Source: an uncultured Candidatus Saccharibacteria bacterium (GTDB taxonomy: Bacteria > Patescibacteriota > Dojkabacteria > SC72). From it: DNA of 58,345 nucleotides. The DNA is taken from assembly GCA_964351475.1 (NCBI GenBank), contig CAYGOB010000002.1, positions 1-58,345 on the forward strand. The letters run 5' to 3'. The position numbers were made by a program, and so were the translations under genes. Below, in pieces: positions 46,059 through 54,748 of the stretch; positions within the stretch are counted from its first letter, which is position 1; each line of letters begins with the position of its first letter. The notes under the pieces are model-generated. The model was not told the DNA's origin, searched no databases, and saw nothing but the letters and a program-made list of their open reading frames with translations.

Positions 46059-47063
46059 TCAAACAGACTTCTTTCTTTTCATCTGTGCCATATATTGAGG
46101 TATTCTTTGTATGAAATGATAAATTGCTAAAAAGCCCATTACCAAAGAAAGTTCAACATGCCAGTACATAAAGTCAAAATCAATATTCCATAATTCAGAC
46201 CTCTTTGTACGTATCATCATGAATATTCCAAAGGCCATACCTGGAATCAAAAGAAGAAGCAAAAGTACTGTGTTCCAAAATGCATTGTATTTGTGGATAG
46301 TAACTCCAAAGAATTTGTCAGCCTTTACTAAGAAATACATACCCCAATACAGAACTGTAGTTAAAACAAAGGGTATTAAAATATTGTACTCCCTTGGTTT
46401 TGTAGTTTCCTCTTCAATATCTTCAACCAATATTTGAGTATCTACTAAATCTACCTCTCCTTTTAGTTCTCCTATTTTGTACTGCTCTAGGAGTTCATAC
46501 GTACCTTCCCTATGATCTCTACCTATCCCAGCTTTGTCTTTGAAATCTTGGGTCATATCCAAACCACACCATTCCCTAATATCCATAAATTTGTCATGGT
46601 CTGGAAGATACTCACTAAAGTCATATACACTATTCTCAAAAACCATCCAACAATCTCCCTCTACATTATGTTGTGCTACCTCTTCCATAGTATACAAAGG
46701 TAAAACTGTTTCAATTAATTGCCCTATGTAATATTCCTCTAACATCTCATATGTCCCCTCCCTGTGATCTCTACCTGCTCCTGCCTTGTCTTTGAAGTCC
46801 TCTGTCATATCCAAACCACACCACTCTCTAATGTCCATAAATTTATCATGGTCTGGAAGATACTCAGAGAAATCATAGACACCTTCCTCAAATACCATCC
46901 AACAATCTTCTGGGGTATTATGCTTTTCTACCTCCTCCATAGTATACTTCTCAGTCTCTTGTAAATCAGAGTCCTCTACACCTGCATAATCTGCATAAAG
47001 AGAACTTGTAAGAAACATTGTAAGAACAATTAAAAAAGGTAAAAGTAAAAATTTCTTTCTCAT
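46059..47063 (-). CDS. Secreted tandem cytochrome-b5-like domains fused to a 3-TM His-containing membrane domain
   Basis: Signal peptide, then two ~77-aa units: YTMEEVxxHN..DCWMVFE..VYDFSEYLPDHDKF...GRDHREGTYE.LE.Y.IG.L. These align with the b5 fold, and both axial His positions are kept even though HPGG is replaced by HDKF. The C-terminus has 3 TM helices with His residues (TIHKYN, YWHVE, IYHF) and a KRKK tail. Confidence 0.7.
   Translation of the reverse strand: MRKKFLLLPFLIVLTMFLTSSLYADYAGVEDSDLQETEKYTMEEVEKHNTPEDCWMVFEEGVYDFSEYLPDHDKFMDIREWCGLDMTEDFKDKAGAGRDHREGTYEMLEEYYIGQLIETVLPLYTMEEVAQHNVEGDCWMVFENSVYDFSEYLPDHDKFMDIREWCGLDMTQDFKDKAGIGRDHREGTYELLEQYKIGELKGEVDLVDTQILVEDIEEETTKPREYNILIPFVLTTVLYWGMYFLVKADKFFGVTIHKYNAFWNTVLLLLLLIPGMAFGIFMMIRTKRSELWNIDFDFMYWHVELSLVMGFLAIYHFIQRIPQYMAQMKRKKSV
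46468..46946 (-). repeat. Intragenic tandem duplication, two 227-bp units with 252-bp period
   Basis: Units 46468-46694 and 46720-46946. Identical runs include CATATCCAAACCACACCA and CATGGTCTGGAAGATACTCA at a 252-nt offset. They encode the two b5-like domains. Confidence 0.85.
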
Positions 47064-47142
47064 ATTAGTCCCTTAGTTGAATTTAAATACAAAAGTAGTA
47101 ACATATTAATAGTATCTATATTAATTTTAAAAGTAAAGTTTT

Positions 47143-47718
47143 ATGAAAAAAGTATTAATAATAATTCTCTCCGTAGGAGTAATTCTAGGAGTAGGAGGAT
47201 ATTTCCTAGTTAAGGAGTCTTATGCTGCTACACCTGCAGATCCTCTTTTTGCAGTTCAAGGGATAGCAGATGATGTACAAAGAGCTTTTACCTTTAACGA
47301 TGTTGCAAAAACACAATTAGAGCAAAAGATATTGGTAAGAAGACAAGAACAGGTTGAGAGAATGACTGAGAGAGATGATGTTACAGATGAGCAGTTAGAG
47401 GAGGCTCTACAATTAATGGCACAACAGAGAACGAGAGTACAGGAGAGATTGCAAATAGTACAACAGACACTTGTTGACAATGATGCGAATGAGAGAGCTA
47501 TAGAGGCTATTGAAGATGTACAAATGAGATATGATGAAAATCTAGATAGACAGTTAGAAACTATTGAGAAAGCCCAAGAGAGAGGAAATGGTATAGGGCA
47601 GAGTGTAAAAGAGGATACAGTAGAGGAAGCAATACAAAGAGGAAGGAATGTTCCTCAAAATATGGGAGATGAGATAAGAGAGCAACAAGGTAATGCTCCT
47701 GAGGATATAGGGAGATAG
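47143..47718 (+). CDS. Anchored helical protein, DUF5667-like
   Basis: N-terminal TM, then PADPLFAVQGIADDVQRAF...AKTQLEQKILVRRQEQ, resembling the DUF5667 start (PGdpLYxlK...) from memory. The rest is E/Q/R-rich helical sequence. Confidence 0.45.
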   Translation: MKKVLIIILSVGVILGVGGYFLVKESYAATPADPLFAVQGIADDVQRAFTFNDVAKTQLEQKILVRRQEQVERMTERDDVTDEQLEEALQLMAQQRTRVQERLQIVQQTLVDNDANERAIEAIEDVQMRYDENLDRQLETIEKAQERGNGIGQSVKEDTVEEAIQRGRNVPQNMGDEIREQQGNAPEDIGR

Positions 47719-47728
47719 ATTAGAGAAA

Positions 47729-49546
47729 CTAACTTACATAACCCTCTGCTTGTTTAGTAAATGCACTAAAGTATCTACCTTCATTTTGCATTAATTTCTC
47801 ATGTGTACCATCCTCCACTATCTTTCCATCATGTAATACTATTATCCTGTCTGCATTTCTTACAGTAGAAAATCTATGTGAGATTATTACTACAGTCTTA
47901 TTTTCAAAGAATTTATATATTCTATTAAATATCCTGTACTCTGACTCCGCATCTATAGCAGATGTAGGTTCATCAAATATTGCAACTGGGGCATTTCTGT
48001 AAAAGAATCTTGCTATCGCTATCTTTTGTCTTTGTCCATTACTTGGCCTTATACCATCCTCAAACCTTTCACTCAATATTGTTTTGTACCCATCTTTGTA
48101 CTTTTGTATAAAATCATGAGCATCTGCATTCTTAGCTGCTTCTATCATCTTCTCTTTATCTAACTCTTTTACAGATTTTCCTAAATAAATATTTTCCTCT
48201 GCATTTAAATGACCATAGAAATTGTAATCCTGAAACAAAACCCCTATATTCTTATACCAATCATTCAGTTTAATATCCTTTAGATTAATATCATTAACAA
48301 AAATATCTCCCTCCTGTGGGTCGTAAATTCTAGCAAGCAATTTAACCAAAGTTGTTTTACCTGCTCCATTTTCTCCTACTATGGCAATTTTCTCTCCAGA
48401 TTTAATCTTTAAGGAAAAGTTGTCAAAAATATTTTTCTCATCATTAGGGTAGTGAAAAGAAATGTTTTTTACCTCTATACTAGGAGCTTCCTCAAATCTT
48501 GGAATCTTAATATCACCATCCGCAACAACAGGTCGAAGGTTAAAGAAGTTGTAAACTTCCTTGGCCTTCATTACAAAATCTCTGAAAGCAATTGCCTCTG
48601 CAAAGAAACTCTCTACCCCTTCATAGAAGTTATTAATAGAACTCATGTAAAATGTTGTATCTCCAATAGATATCTGATCAAGAAGAAGGAGAGCAAAAAC
48701 TTGAAGATAACCAAAAAGAATTACAATATTACTTAGAATTGAAAGGAAAAATCCGCTTAGGGAAGACCCCTTCATTATTTTCATATACCCCTTGTTGTAG
48801 TAGTCAAAGAATTTTGTAAACAGACTATCCAAATAATTAAAAGCCCCTGTTATAGACACCTCCCCTATAAAACGAGTATCCGCTATAGTTCCTGATGTCC
48901 AATAACTCTTTCTCCTTCCAGTAACATGTTTGTCACTTGTCTGCCAGTCAAAATCTTTCTTAAAGAAGTATCTTCTTTGGAAAAAATAAATAATAGAGAG
49001 AACAAGGATAAATGGAACAACAAGAGGAACCTGACTTAGAATAATTGAGCCTGCAACAGCTGTTTTTACAAAAGCAGAAATTAATCTTACAACGTTCCCA
49101 CTTATCTCCATTATAAAGTTCAGCCAGTCCTGCATCTTTTGATGGGTATTGGCTACCTCTGGAAGCTCAAGTGTTTGAGGACCAAGGAAATTACATTTCT
49201 CATAAGCAAGCTTTTGTAAATATGGTCGAGAGATAGTCCTTAAAACTCGATTTGAATAATGCCTTAATTCATCTAAAGCAGAAAAAGCAAGATTTACAAG
49301 TAGAAATATTAAAAGAAAAGGGACCAAATCTCTAACCTGAGTACCTTCAGTGGTTGCCATTCTGATTAATTCGTCTATTAATCTTGCAAAGATGTATATA
49401 TTAACCAGAGATCTTAGATTTCTAACAACCTCTGACAACAGCGACATTATTATTAAAGAAGGAGATATTCCCCATACTATTTTAAGAGACCAGAACGCTA
49501 TTTGAAAATATTCCTTAAAAGAAACATCCTTTTCCTTTTTATCCAT
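47729..49546 (-). CDS. ABC exporter, fused TMD-NBD half transporter
   Basis: 605 aa, Walker A GENGAGKTT, a degenerate signature PSNGQRQK, Walker B AIFDEPTS. Confidence 0.9.
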   Translation of the reverse strand: MDKKEKDVSFKEYFQIAFWSLKIVWGISPSLIIMSLLSEVVRNLRSLVNIYIFARLIDELIRMATTEGTQVRDLVPFLLIFLLVNLAFSALDELRHYSNRVLRTISRPYLQKLAYEKCNFLGPQTLELPEVANTHQKMQDWLNFIMEISGNVVRLISAFVKTAVAGSIILSQVPLVVPFILVLSIIYFFQRRYFFKKDFDWQTSDKHVTGRRKSYWTSGTIADTRFIGEVSITGAFNYLDSLFTKFFDYYNKGYMKIMKGSSLSGFFLSILSNIVILFGYLQVFALLLLDQISIGDTTFYMSSINNFYEGVESFFAEAIAFRDFVMKAKEVYNFFNLRPVVADGDIKIPRFEEAPSIEVKNISFHYPNDEKNIFDNFSLKIKSGEKIAIVGENGAGKTTLVKLLARIYDPQEGDIFVNDINLKDIKLNDWYKNIGVLFQDYNFYGHLNAEENIYLGKSVKELDKEKMIEAAKNADAHDFIQKYKDGYKTILSERFEDGIRPSNGQRQKIAIARFFYRNAPVAIFDEPTSAIDAESEYRIFNRIYKFFENKTVVIISHRFSTVRNADRIIVLHDGKIVEDGTHEKLMQNEGRYFSAFTKQAEGYVS

Positions 49547-49574
49547 TTAAATACTTTAACATATTAATCTAGGA

Positions 49575-49604
49575 ATATTAACAAAAAAAGGCATATTGAG
49601 TCAA
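49575..49604 (-). promoter_or_regulatory. Sigma70-like promoter candidate TTGACT-N18-TAATAT
   Basis: On the minus strand, TTGACT is at comp. 49599-49604 and TAATAT at comp. 49575-49580, 28 nt upstream of ATG at comp. 49544-49546. Confidence 0.35.
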
Positions 49605-49642
49605 TATTGTGAACACCTTGAGGTTCTGGTATAATATATGTA

Positions 49643-50158
49643 TTAAAACATATCCTCGTGAACCTTACTCTCATCGTATTCATCCTCTCTATGTGGAGAT
49701 GGTTGCGTGACGGGATACCCTATTGCCATAATATTTACTACTCTATACTCACTGGGAATATCTAATACTTCCCTTACATACTCTTCCCTATCTCTACCAT
49801 CAGGTGTTTGTCCTCCTCTAACTCTTGTCCAACAAGAACCTAAACCTTGATTAGCTGTTTCAAGATATATATGTGCTCCTGCAATACTACAATCTTCTAA
49901 CCACATATCTGTATCACTCTCCTTTGCTATTATTACAATAGCAACATTACAATTAGCAATAAAAGATTGCCATTGATCACACTCACCCAATTGGGATAAT
50001 TTCTCCTTATCTCTTACTACAACAAACTCCCACGGATTAACATGATTACCAGAGGGACTAACCATAGCAGCACATAGAATACTACGTACTTGTTCTTTAC
50101 TAACTTCTTTATTGGTGAATTGTCTGACACTTCTTCTTTTCTTGAATAATTCATTCAT
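49643..50158 (-). CDS. Nitroreductase family protein
   Basis: KRRSVRQF N-terminal motif, 171 aa, a compact nitroreductase fold pattern. Confidence 0.85.
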   Translation of the reverse strand: MNELFKKRRSVRQFTNKEVSKEQVRSILCAAMVSPSGNHVNPWEFVVVRDKEKLSQLGECDQWQSFIANCNVAIVIIAKESDTDMWLEDCSIAGAHIYLETANQGLGSCWTRVRGGQTPDGRDREEYVREVLDIPSEYRVVNIMAIGYPVTQPSPHREDEYDESKVHEDMF

Positions 50159-50296
50159 TCCGCTAACCTATAGCGTGTGTAAATTTAAGATATAGAGTAT
50201 TGTATACATAAAATTTTCTTTTGTAAAGTTTTAAAATAGTTGTTTCTAAATAAATATGTTAAACTTTTTGTATTTAATTTCAATAGGATACATACA

Positions 50297-50491
50297 ATGC
50301 CACTCGGAAACAATGTAGAAAAATGGGACGAGGAAGAACAAGATTGGGGAGGATTAGATGCAGGGAAATGGGAACCCTTTCTGTACAAAGACCCTATGGA
50401 TGAGATAGAAGAGTTGAAAGAAATTGAAAATGACGACCTAGAACTTAACTTTGGCACTATTGTAAAACGAAAGAGATTGAAAGGAAATTAA
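50297..50491 (+). CDS. Possible small acidic protein (64 aa)
   Basis: MPLGNNVEKWDEEEQDWGGLDAGKWEPFLYKDPMDEIEELKEIENDDLELNF... has more protein-like composition than the Ser-rich antisense ORF 50185..50457. No homologue is recognised. The start was chosen at the internal ATG of track ORF 50240..50491. Confidence 0.3.
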   Translation: MPLGNNVEKWDEEEQDWGGLDAGKWEPFLYKDPMDEIEELKEIENDDLELNFGTIVKRKRLKGN

Positions 50492-51135
50492 CCAAACCTC
50501 AAATACTTAATACTCCTACCCTCTCTAAGATGCTTTATTTCAAAAGTAGTTTGTATATTATTAATATCCTCATCTATACTCAACCCTTCTAAATATATAT
50601 CCTCAATATCTTCTTGTATTTTAAAATCTGAACTCCCTACACTCTCCTTACTATACTCATACAACTCAAAAGAATCAGTCTTAAGATGTACTACCCCATT
50701 CTTCTTTAACAAACCTTTGTATATCTCTAAAAACCTAGGAGATGTTAATCTCCTTTTACTCTGTCTATCTCTTGGAAAAGGATCTGGAAACGTAATCCAA
50801 ATTTGATTAATACTTTTTTTAGAAATATACTCCTTAATATTCTCAACCTGTATTCTTAAAAAATATACATTATTTATTTTATTCTCCAATGCATCCTTTG
50901 CCCCCTTCCATATCCTCTCTCCTTGAATATCTACACCAATGAAAAGAGTATCCGGGTATTTTTTTTTAGCTAACTGCACCGTATACTCTCCCTTCCCACA
51001 ACCCAATTCCAATACCACATTGTTATACTCCTTAAATAATTCTTTTAGCTTACCTTTAACATCTGGTGTATTCCATTCCAAAACATTAGTAAAACTTTTT
51101 ACCTCTTCAAATTTCTTTTTTTTACTCCTACCCAT
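50488..51135 (-). CDS. trmB: tRNA (guanine46-N7)-methyltransferase
   Basis: LELGCGKGEY, FIGVDI, WITFPDPFPRDRQSKRRL: the classic TrmB motifs. Confidence 0.9.
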   Translation of the reverse strand: MGRSKKKKFEEVKSFTNVLEWNTPDVKGKLKELFKEYNNVVLELGCGKGEYTVQLAKKKYPDTLFIGVDIQGERIWKGAKDALENKINNVYFLRIQVENIKEYISKKSINQIWITFPDPFPRDRQSKRRLTSPRFLEIYKGLLKKNGVVHLKTDSFELYEYSKESVGSSDFKIQEDIEDIYLEGLSIDEDINNIQTTFEIKHLREGRSIKYLRFG

Positions 51136-51187
51136 GCTCTATAAATTATATGATATATTTTATATACACACTTTTAAAATGTAACTA

Positions 51188-53902
51188 ATGGACAAGAATA
51201 TGAGTATAACATCTGCCCATTCAAAAACCATACAAGAGATATTTAAAACCCTCACTACCAATGAAAATGGTTTAAGTGAAAAAGAAGTGGAAAGAAGAAG
51301 AGAAGAGTATGGGTCTAACTCCCTTCCAGAAGAAACAGGATATCCACTTTTAAAGGCCCTCTTAAACCAGGTTAACAATTTACTAATATATGTTCTAATT
51401 GCTGCAGCAATAATTTCCTACATCTTTGACCACCACGTTGATGTGTATGTGATAGCTGGTGTCATACTCATAAATATTGTAATTGGTCTGTATCATGACA
51501 TCAAAGCTCACAAAATGGTTTCTTCTCTTAGGAGTAATATTAAAGAAAAGTGCAGGGTAATTAGAAATGGTAAATTAAAAGAGATATCCATTGAGGACTT
51601 AGTACCTGGAGATATTGTACAAGTCAAAGACGGAGATAAAATCCCTGCAGATATTAGGATATTTAAAGCAAAGGAGCTAAGTGCTGTTGAATCTTCCTTA
51701 ACAGGAGAGTCTAAATCAGTTACAAAAAAAACAGACTCCTTACAAAAAAATATACCCCTTGGAGACAGAAATAATATGCTTTACATAGGTACCCATATTG
51801 CTACTGGAGAAGGGTTGGGTGTTGTAGTAAATACTGGTCTTAAAACTGAACTTGGACAGATAGCCAAGGACATACGAGAGATTAAGGAAGAGAAAACTCT
51901 CTTCCACAGAAGAATAGAGAAATTAACAAAGCAAATGGTCATTATTGCCGCTATAGTGGTTGCAATAACATTAGTTGTTGGATTAATTAGAGGGTTAGAG
52001 ACAGAGAGCCTCCTTATGTTTACCATAGCATCTTTGGTTTCTGGAATCCCTGAGGGATTACCCGCCGTTGTTACAGTTGTGCTTTCAATTGCCGCTTTTA
52101 GGATGAGTAAGAAAAAAGCAGTACTTAGAAACTTACCGTCCATAGAAACTCTCTCTTCGGTAACCACAATCATTACAGATAAAACAGGAACACTTACAGA
52201 AAATACCATGACCATAAAAAGAGTTATTTTAGCTAACAAAAAAAACGTAGATGTAACTGGGAGTGGTTGGGCGCCTAAGGGAGAATTTATGATTGGAAAC
52301 AAAAAGATTAACCTTGAGCAGGAGGAGGAGATATCCAAGCTACTAAGGTGGATATCAATATCTCATCAAGGAGAATTAGTAGTTGAGAATGGTCAAGAGC
52401 AAGAGAGGGAAATAGAGGATGTGATCTACAGTATCATTGGGGACCCCACAGAAGCCTCTCGAATGGTGCTTGCTATGAAGGCTGGCTTTAGGAAGGATGA
52501 GCAATTGAAAAATTACAATGTTGTAGATGAATTACCATATGACCAAGAAAGAAAGTTCAGAGCAGTATTGGCAGTAGACAAACAAACAAAGGAGAGAAAA
52601 GTATTCATAGTAGGAGGTGCAGAGAATGTTATACAGACATGTGACCTAGAAGAGAAAGAATATTTCCTAGAAGAAGTTGCTACCAATGCAAATCTTGGTA
52701 TGAGGATGCAAGCTACAGCATTTAAAGAGGTTGATGAGAGGGTAGATAGTTTGGATGGTTTTACGTTTAAAGGTTTTACCTTTAGCTCTATCCTTTGCAT
52801 ACAAGACCCTGTTAGAAAAGATGCTGTGGAAGCGGTTAGTAAAGCTCAAAAAGCAGGTATTCGTATCATTATGGCTACAGGAGATCACAAAAACACTGCC
52901 ATTGCAGTAGCTAATGAAACCGGTATTAAGACTAGTAATGGAAAGTATCCTGAAGCTATGAATGATGACGAACTAAACAAATTATCTGAGACCGAATTTA
53001 AGGAATATGTAAAAAATGTATCTGTATTCTCAAGATTGACACCTTCCACTAAATTTAAAATCGCACAAGTACTACAGGAAGATGGAGAGATAATTGCAAA
53101 AACAGGAGACGGTGTTAATGATGCACCTGCTCTTAAAAGAGCAGATATTGGAATATCCATGGGCAAAATTGGTACAGATGCTGCCAGAGAAGCTAGTGAT
53201 ATTGTACTAACAGATGATAACTTTGCTAGTATAGTTGACGCTATTGAGGAAGGAAGAACTGTTTTTGTAAATATACGAAGAACCAGTTTGTATCTGGTAA
53301 CTACCAACCTTGCAGAAGATGCAATACTAGTATTTGCAATAATAGCAGGTTTTCCCCTACCCCTCCTTCCCCTACAAATTCTTTGGCTAAATCTTGTAAC
53401 CGATGGAGTATCTGACATATCCCTAGCTACAGAGTTACCACACAAGACAGCACTTGAAAGACCTCCTAGAAAAATTACTGAGGGAATCCTTTCAAAGGAG
53501 AATTTCAAGTTTATTGGCTCAATAGCACTAGTCATGTTCATTCTTAGTATTGGTACCTTTATCATATTTTTGAATATGAAGGGTATAGAAGAGGCTAGGA
53601 CTGCAGCATTCATGGTAATGGCATTTACTCAAATATTTAATACATTCAATATGAGGTCCTTAAATGATGGAATATTTCGTCTAGGATTTCTAAGTAACAA
53701 GTATGTCCTTGGGAACTTTTTCTTCTCCTCTTTGCTTTTGATACTGGCCGTAGAATTTGCTCCAATAGCTAATATTTTCAGCTTTGTTATTTTAAGAGTA
53801 GATTCTCTTCTAATCTTGTTTGCTATCTCATCTATAGTTCTTTGGTATGGAGAGATATACAAGCTAATTGTTAAAAGAAATGGAGAGCTCTCATGGAAAT
53901 AG
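51188..53902 (+). CDS. P-type cation-transporting ATPase, type II (Ca2+-ATPase-like)
   Basis: Phosphorylation site ITDKTGTLTEN, TGES, TM4 IPEGLP, MATGDH and TGDGVNDAPALK. 904 aa. Confidence 0.92.
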   Translation: MDKNMSITSAHSKTIQEIFKTLTTNENGLSEKEVERRREEYGSNSLPEETGYPLLKALLNQVNNLLIYVLIAAAIISYIFDHHVDVYVIAGVILINIVIGLYHDIKAHKMVSSLRSNIKEKCRVIRNGKLKEISIEDLVPGDIVQVKDGDKIPADIRIFKAKELSAVESSLTGESKSVTKKTDSLQKNIPLGDRNNMLYIGTHIATGEGLGVVVNTGLKTELGQIAKDIREIKEEKTLFHRRIEKLTKQMVIIAAIVVAITLVVGLIRGLETESLLMFTIASLVSGIPEGLPAVVTVVLSIAAFRMSKKKAVLRNLPSIETLSSVTTIITDKTGTLTENTMTIKRVILANKKNVDVTGSGWAPKGEFMIGNKKINLEQEEEISKLLRWISISHQGELVVENGQEQEREIEDVIYSIIGDPTEASRMVLAMKAGFRKDEQLKNYNVVDELPYDQERKFRAVLAVDKQTKERKVFIVGGAENVIQTCDLEEKEYFLEEVATNANLGMRMQATAFKEVDERVDSLDGFTFKGFTFSSILCIQDPVRKDAVEAVSKAQKAGIRIIMATGDHKNTAIAVANETGIKTSNGKYPEAMNDDELNKLSETEFKEYVKNVSVFSRLTPSTKFKIAQVLQEDGEIIAKTGDGVNDAPALKRADIGISMGKIGTDAAREASDIVLTDDNFASIVDAIEEGRTVFVNIRRTSLYLVTTNLAEDAILVFAIIAGFPLPLLPLQILWLNLVTDGVSDISLATELPHKTALERPPRKITEGILSKENFKFIGSIALVMFILSIGTFIIFLNMKGIEEARTAAFMVMAFTQIFNTFNMRSLNDGIFRLGFLSNKYVLGNFFFSSLLLILAVEFAPIANIFSFVILRVDSLLILFAISSIVLWYGEIYKLIVKRNGELSWK

Positions 53903-54030
53903 CGGTTATTGAAATTAAGGAGAAATTTAAGAAGTATTTAAAAATTGAGTGGCATTACATAAATAGATTCTGGTAGAATGAGGTTAGAGGAGTTATTTAA
54001 TTCCTTAATTTAAATTAAATAAATATATTA

Positions 54031-54576
54031 ATGAGTGATAACAAACCTAAGTCCAAACAAGGCTCTGGATTTTTCAGTTACAGTGTTAAGCCTACAAAGT
54101 ATGCTCCACATATTTGTACTGGAGTAACAATACTAGCTTTAATTGGAATTGTAGTAGGTCTAATTACAGGAAATGCTTTATGGCCAGTAATATTACTACT
54201 CCCTGCCGCCCTATACCAAGCTTACAGAACAGGAGGAAGATCAACTAAGACAGCTTCATTATTTTTAGTCGCAGTACTGATTTTAGAAATAATATTGCTT
54301 GCGTTTGGTGTTAGTTTTAATTTAGTTGAATTCTTAGGTACTACTCAACAAAGAGTTGGAGGTTATTGGGTACCTTTAGGGGATATTACAATTGTAGGAC
54401 CTACTGTAATGGCAGTTCTTGCAGTCATATTATTTACTAAGACAAGAGGCAAATTTACAAAATGGTTAGCAGTAACAATATTTGTTACCTGCTTTGCGAT
54501 AGTGTATACCATTGATCCTGAGACATTTAATGAATTAATTAAATATGCTGTTCAGGAGGGGTTAAGGAGAATTTAA
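54031..54576 (+). CDS. Membrane protein of unknown function (~5 TM)
   Basis: 181 aa with alternating hydrophobic helices. No motif recognised. Confidence 0.5.
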   Translation: MSDNKPKSKQGSGFFSYSVKPTKYAPHICTGVTILALIGIVVGLITGNALWPVILLLPAALYQAYRTGGRSTKTASLFLVAVLILEIILLAFGVSFNLVEFLGTTQQRVGGYWVPLGDITIVGPTVMAVLAVILFTKTRGKFTKWLAVTIFVTCFAIVYTIDPETFNELIKYAVQEGLRRI

Positions 54577-54664
54577 ACCACCTTTAACTTAGCTAAGAAG
54601 CCTGTTCTAACAAGGACTATATTGGTTTTTATGATGAAATTTAATATTCTATGGGTTAGCGGGA

Positions 54665-54738
54665 TCGGGGTGACTCGACTTGAACGAGCGACCTCTTGCA
54701 CCCCATGCAAGCGTTCTATCCATCTGAACTACACCCCG
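54665..54738 (-). tRNA. tRNA-Pro (anticodon GGG), no encoded CCA
   Basis: The minus strand reads CGGGGTG-TA-GTTC-AGATGGATA-GAAC-G-CTTGC-ATGGGGT-GCAAG-AGGTC-GCTCG-TTCAAGT-CGAGT-CACCCCG-A. That gives a 7-bp acceptor stem, a 4-bp D stem, a 5-bp anticodon stem with loop AU-GGG-GU, and a T arm with a TTCAAGT loop. 74 nt. The 3' flank is TCC, not CCA. Confidence 0.9.
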
Positions 54739-54748
54739 TTAGGTGATA

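Noticed and set aside
50185-50457. Track ORF of 90 aa on the - strand
   Set aside because: It is extremely Ser-rich (SSRSSFSISFNSSISS...) and lies antisense to a more protein-like small acidic ORF. Neither has a recognisable homologue.
52885-53613. Long antisense ORF (242 aa) inside the P-type ATPase gene. Similar antisense ORFs lie at 51781-52338, 52513-52800, 40101-40754 and 44029-44478.
   Set aside because: The sense strands carry unambiguous conserved motifs (DKTGT, TGDGVNDAPALK, Kelch repeats). The antisense products are Ser/Leu/Ile-rich low-complexity strings with no motif. Long shadow frames are expected opposite strongly codon-biased genes.
53944-53978. TTGAGT ... TGgTAGAAT promoter-like pair upstream of 54031
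   Set aside because: The -35/-10 spacing is 23 nt, which is too long. Only the extended -10 could function, and such words are frequent in this AT-rich DNA.
54588-54597. Perfect 10-bp palindrome CTTAGCTAAG just after the 54031-54576 gene
   Set aside because: It has no loop and no following T-tract, so it is too short for a stable terminator hairpin. It is probably a chance occurrence.
54577-54748. tRNA-Pro as the boundary of an integrated genomic island
   Set aside because: No adjacent integrase and no visible direct repeat of the tRNA 3' half in the window. The flanking genes look like ordinary housekeeping genes.
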